Source: Eledone cirrhosa
Taxonomy: Eukaryota
Direction of reading: 5' to 3'
DNA length: 64,000 nucleotides
Assembly (NCBI GenBank): GCA_964016885.1
Contig: OZ024753.1
Location: 3,596,001 to 3,660,000 of the forward strand
Under the pieces are notes generated by a model. It saw nothing but the letters and a program-made list of their open reading frames with translations, ran no database searches and was not told where the DNA came from. Shown piece after piece: positions 58,201-64,000 of the stretch; position 1 is the first letter of the stretch, and each line of letters starts with the position of its first letter. The translations under genes were made by a program, and so were the position numbers.

Positions 58201-58822
58201 CATATAGTAAAATATAAAAAAATTGACTTGGGTAAATTGTTACTGAACCTCAAGTAGTCACATTGAAATGGTAACCACTGAAGCAAAGCTCTCGTTAATA
58301 CACTTCGTTACTGTCAGCTTCATATGTGTTTCGAATTCGCCTCCTAAATGTCACTAACGAGTAGGCAGTGAATATACAGAGGTTTTGGGGTATAGAACAA
58401 AACATTTTTGTATTTGTTAACATTCTCAACGTTATGAGTTCCGATACCGCCAAACGTTTCCTTTGCCTTTCATCCTTCCACTCACGATTAAATGAAGTAC
58501 CAGTCAAGGTCAGTTAAATGAAGTACCAGTCAAGGTCAGTGGATCGATGGAATTATTAGAGCATTGAAAGAGATGCTTTGTAGAATCACTTTTGGCTTTA
58601 CTAAGTTCTGAGTTTCAAGCCAGCCATAGTATACTTGGGTAATATACACAAGGACCTATTTGATTAAACATCACCACATGGACCTTCGTTGTATTTTGTG
58701 GTGGTCACTCTGGTTTCTATCATGCAAGCCGGATCTCTGAAAAGTTTGATATTATTGATTTCCTTCCTGACTAACCAATAAAAACGGATAGGCAGGCATT
58801 TCGACCTACCCACGAAGAGTTA

Positions 58823-59024
58823 TACGAGGGTCGTCTAAAACGTACATAGGCTGACTATGAAGGACTGATGACATAGCTTTGAAATCATGCATGTATTAAT
58901 TTCGACTCTTCTTATTAATAACTGCATTGTTTGTTTCCAGAGACTCTGTTGAAAAATAAACCTTATTTAGTCATTCCTTGCGAGCATGTTGGTCAGCGTG
59001 GGAACTTTACAGCCAAATCTCGCA
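58823..59024. mobile_element. Decayed mariner-type MITE
   Basis: TAcgagggtcgtctaaaacgtacataggctgac ... gtcagcgtgggaactttacagccaaatctcgca; imperfect TIRs. Confidence 0.55.
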
Positions 59025-59712
59025 TTCCCACTATAATAATACTCCAATACTATTAGAGCAAAAAAATAACTCACACTCCAGCCACACAGCTCTGTCGGAA
59101 TTGTCATAATTTCAACTGAACTTATGAACATCTACAAACATTTTTTTTTATTAATGATTACTGAAGATCAAGATAATTTAAACCAAGGTTATTTGTGACT
59201 GAACATAAAAACAATATATTATGCAGAATTAATTAATGGTATTTAATTAAAATCATTTACATTCTAAGGTCAAATCCGGCTGGAGCCAATTTAACCATTT
59301 ATTCCTTCCGGTGTCTATAAACTGTATGCCAGTAATATATTGGGTTTGATGGCAATAAGACTTTCCCGCCCACCTCTACAAACATTGGTCCAGTGTCTAG
59401 CCATCACACGAAAAACAAAAGAAGTAAATAACAGCAGGCGAGGCAATGTAAATAGCAATTTCTAATCAACAACAACAACAATAAAAATAAGTCACAAGAA
59501 TGAGATTAATAATAACAACAACAAGAAATGAAGAAGTCTGACGATATAAATAAAATCGATTCATCTCCACTTGTTCCATTTTACAGGAAACTAAGGTCAA
59601 AGAGGCGAAAATAGAAAGTAAACAACTGCTAAAACGACGACACCAGCCTGCATACACACACAGAGAAAGACCCAGGCGCGTACACAAGTAAACACAGACG
59701 CAACATAAATAA

Positions 59713-59749
<37 letters not shown>

Positions 59750-59785
59750 TATGTGTGTATATATATATATATACATATGTGTGTA

Positions 59786-59822
<37 letters not shown>

Positions 59823-60417
59823 TCATTTAGATATTTCTGGCGAACAGTATATGGAAGGGGAAAAATAATACATAGATCAATTTAACTGAACATTTTATCG
59901 ATTACAGAAGCTTGATAATATTTATATCCATAGAAGAGTGTATATATATATATATATAAAATGTATGTTATATGTGAGATATATTGTTTATCCACATATA
60001 TGCGTGTGGCTACAATAACAAACGCCCCCATTGTCACTCACCGACACACATGCTCTCACCATTATATTGACAGTATTATTTAAAATAATTGTTTTCAATC
60101 TTTGTTCTTCCACCGATTGCAATCTGAAATGTTTATTCATAATGAATACACACATATATATATATGCATATATATATATATATGTATATATATATACGCA
60201 TATTTATATACATATATATATGCATATGTATATGTATATGAATATGTGTATACATATATATATATGTATATAAATGTGTGTATACATGTGTATACATGTA
60301 TATAAATGTGTGTATACATGTGTATACATGTATATAAATGTGTGTATACATGTGTATACATGTATATGTATGTAAATATGTGTATACATATATATATATA
60401 TATATATAAATATAAAT

Positions 60418-60496
<79 letters not shown>

Positions 60497-60926
60497 TATA
60501 TGTATGAGGGGCGTGCATACATGCATTCATATCAAAATGCATGTGTGCATTTGACTGGTGGGATACTACAGACTCAACTGGCAATAGCCTTCGGAATTGA
60601 CTAGTAATAAACTTAAATCTTTTGTCCTCTGAGACAAATACAGTGACTCCTGCTGGCAAAGAATGACTAACCTTACGACACCCCGTATACAAATCTCTAT
60701 CCAGTTTCGGTCAGTTTCATTCACAAACCTTTTAGAGAGAAACTTTCCTACATTATATCAAACATCTTTCAACATTGAGTTTCTATTAAACATATTTCAT
60801 TCATATCCAAATCATTTGGAAAAAGATTCTAGATTGTGCCGGAAGGAAAATCAACTTGTGTATGATGATGATGATGATGATGGTATTGATGATGATGATG
60901 ATGATGATGGTATTGATGATGATGAT

Positions 60927-61116
60927 AATAATTGTTTCTACTTTGGGCACAAGGCCAGCAATTATCCAGGGTATTACTGGTACTTTATTTTATCGACCCC
61001 ATAAGGATGAAAGGCAAAGTTAACCTCGGCGGGATTTAAACGCAGATCATAAAGGGCCGTAACTCTTTGCTGCTAAGCATGGCGTCCGACTCTCTACCGA
61101 TACTGTCAATCCACCG
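60927..61116 (-). mobile_element. SINE family 1, full length, in a (GAT)n tract
   Basis: Reverse complement of the family consensus. Confidence 0.9.
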
Positions 61117-61700
61117 GTTATGAATATGATGAATATTATTATGATGAATATAATGATGGTGATGAAAAAGGATGATGATGATCATCATCATCATCCATAC
61201 TATATACTATAACCACTACCCCGAACACCATCAGGGACTAGCCACAGCATACGTTTTAAAGGATGGAATATTCACATATATGCGCGCTAACGAACTTGAA
61301 ATAATTAGTAGTAGCATTTCCCCTGTGATTCAGTACTGATATAACGAAACTAATGTCTCTTATCTATAAAGTATATCTGTAAGATTATTATATGCGAACC
61401 AATAGCATCTCAATATCTTGTATAAAAGCGTCACTAATGATGGATCAAAGATTAAGAAATACTAATACTGAAGTAGCTGTTATTCTATTACATTGTAAAA
61501 TTCTCATAGGCCGAACATGTACGTTTATAATACGTCAATGTAATGTATATGCCCCCGTACAGGCCTCCATACTCAATCACGCTGTGTCAGTGCTAAAACA
61601 AGTCCATAAAATAAACTACCAGTAATGCATTGGGGTCTATTTAATCGACTTTCCTCTCCACTTCAAATTGCTGGCCATGTGCCTCAATTAGAAACAGGTA

Positions 61701-62084
61701 TTATTATTATTATTATTATTATTCTTTGAGTCTCGGTCATTGATATTATTTAACTGGAAAGTTTGTTGAAATGAATATCAAGCCACTACCTGCAGCCTCA
61801 GATATTCAGGACGTATCGGAGGGTTCTTGCTGTTCCCAGCAAGCATTACTTTTGAAGCGTTCCAAAAAGCGTGGCGGGGCCAATTTTCTTTAACCATCCC
61901 TGGAAACTTTTTGAGATAGTACCTAGTGTCCCTATGACAATCGGGACCACTTTGACCTCATGGCAGTTCCAAATCCTTTTTACCTCCCACTTTAAGGTAT
62001 CGGTTAATTTTCTCCCTCTCCTTCTCTTGCACTCTCGTGTCGAATGGGCAGGCCACATCCTCCATCAGGCACGATCTTTTTTCT

Positions 62085-62113
<29 letters not shown>
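61701..62113 (-). pseudogene. 3' end of an R4/Dong-like LINE in (TAA)n
   Basis: Minus strand CLMEDVACPFDTRVQEKEREKINRY..WEVKRIWNCHEVKVVPIVIGTLG..LQK*CLLGTARTLR, short 3' UTR, (AAT)n at both ends. Confidence 0.85.
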
Positions 62114-62115
<2 letters not shown>

Positions 62116-63728
62116 ATAAATACTACTATGTTGTATTGTTATATCTTTATGTTACAAATAAATCTATATATTCTGAAACCCATATTTTCGAATAACCTAT
62201 CGACCAGCATCTTCAGAAATCTGTCATGTAGGACTAAATAATTACATAATTAGAAATATAAGTCGATGTGGTGAATGGGAGTATTTGGCGGAGGAATAGG
62301 AATGTAATGTGGTTCGTGTGGTTCTTGTCTATCTCTGTAGCCATGTCCGGCATTTTTTGCTATCACAATAAATCAGACAATCTGACTCTCCTCATTCTTT
62401 GAAGAAAAGTGTTGTTTAAAATTGTATAACACTGAGCATGTCAAGCCCATCTTAATATCGGTCAGTACCTTCCTCATATTATCACTAATTACTATTTTCT
62501 TCCAGAAATAGGTCAGAAGAAATTAAATGTGCTCGGCAACAGGCAGGTTCTGATCCTAGTTACTATGGCGCTCATCAGATATATTCGATATATTTGTATT
62601 GAACAGAAATATCATAATGTTAGGTCAGAATGTGATTTAAGAATTCTCCAAAGGTATTTTAGTCAAGAGTTATGACAGCTACAACCGCGATTATGCTTTC
62701 CATGTTTGAAGATTCGTTGAATTGACAATGCACAACACGATATGTATTATAGAAGTTGGAGAATCGACATTAAACTCATCCCTCACACGAAACTGAAATA
62801 ATTATGTTGTCTGTGAGAAGTACAGAACAATTTGTCACCTTCAAAATTGATATGATCAAAACTACAATCATGTACCAGAGCTCTATATACACACATCTAT
62901 GTCCCTTCCTTTCATAACAGAGATGTAGAGAAAAGAAAGATGTCGACGTTTAGATAATATATTTATCCCAATAGGGATTATTGAATATAATGGAGTGAAC
63001 GAAAGATAATTATGAAATCTTTCTTTAAGCATAGCGAAATTAAATCATTTAGAATTATAGCTTCAGAATCTCAGTTTCCAAATTATAGTTACATTTATTA
63101 TATAACTGACGAAAAATGGATGAGATAAAAGAACATCGAAAATAACGTTTTACATACATCTTTAGTGGTGTACTGATATTCTTAACTAAACTTCTAACTT
63201 ACGTCTACTTTGTAACCCGTAGTAGAAGTTAAGGCAATACTCTTAAAATTGTTAGTATATGAGACCTAATTCTTTGTGATATTAATTATGGCTTGTTAAT
63301 TTCAAATAATGGTGAAGTCAAATTTGGATTGCCTTCATTCGGTGTCCATTACTAAAATATGAATCTTAGGCAGTGGACTGGTGGAAGCATTAGTGCATTG
63401 GATGACATGCTTAATTGTATAAATGCTGATTCTTCTCGTTCTGAGATGAATTCGTGTTACATAGTATACATAAAACATGCAAAGGTTTGATCCCACCATA
63501 TGCTATTTTCGTGGATACAAATGCATCAGCTGTTGCGAAAATTTTAAGTCGTTAATTTAATAACAACTTCCAAATCGCCTGGGCTGTTTTGGATGGCCAG
63601 GAAAGTGTAATGTACACCATTCTCCTTTCCTGACTAAATGATAATAGATGGAATTTATTTAAATAACAAAGTTAGAAAAACGACTACTTTTACAGTATCA
63701 CAACTACTTCTATTTTCTAGCATGATCC

Positions 63729-63913
63729 AGTGGCAATATCGGTAGAGGGTCGGGTGCCATGCTTTGAAGCATAGAGTTACCTCCCCTTATGATCTGAGTT
63801 CAAATCTCGCCGAGGTTAACTTTGCCTTTCATCCTTACGGGCTCGATAAAATAAAGTACCAGTAATGCACTGGGATAATTGCTGGCCTGGTGCCAAAAGT
63901 AGAAACAATTATT
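63729..63913 (+). mobile_element. SINE family 1, full length
   Basis: A/B boxes, central domain, tail. Confidence 0.9.
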
Positions 63914-63921
63914 ACAGTGAA

Positions 63922-64000
63922 AGCGGTGGATTGGCAATATCGGTAGAGGGTCAGACGACATGCTTTGACGCATAGAGTTACGGCCCTTGCCATTCCGAGT
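63922..64000 (+). mobile_element. SINE family 1, 5' part (cut by window end)
   Basis: gcggtggattggcaatatcggtagaggg... directly after the preceding copy. Confidence 0.85.

Noticed and set aside
60502-60690. Possible mariner MITE ending in gacaccccgta
   Set aside because: The left TIR match is too short to support a call.

Overview
AT-rich, microsatellite-saturated eukaryotic non-coding DNA; the repeat content is most consistent with a coleoid cephalopod (octopus-like) genome, which is an inference. No intact host protein-coding gene is present, and nearly all listed ORFs are translated (TA)n/(CA)n/(AAC)n/(GA)n microsatellites. Recognisable mobile DNA: about 15 copies of one tRNA-derived SINE family, a second tRNA SINE, an RTE-like non-autonomous element, mariner MITEs, two R4/Dong-like fragments and one L1/Tx1-like LINE fragment. 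The main signal is at least 8 different families of short non-coding inserts in (TA)n tracts. They carry minimal type I hammerhead ribozyme (HHR) motifs with short, often palindromic helix III, and most are arranged as fold-back (inverted) or tandem copies, as expected for non-autonomous Penelope-like or retrozyme-like elements. The best example (32687-34227) has a 593-bp unit with a U3-A8 variant HHR. Separately, a minus-strand recursive-splice-like site (polypyrimidine-CAG|GTAAGT with a 61-nt RS-type exon) at about 30260 suggests the window lies in a very long intron. All RNA folds were read by eye, not computed.
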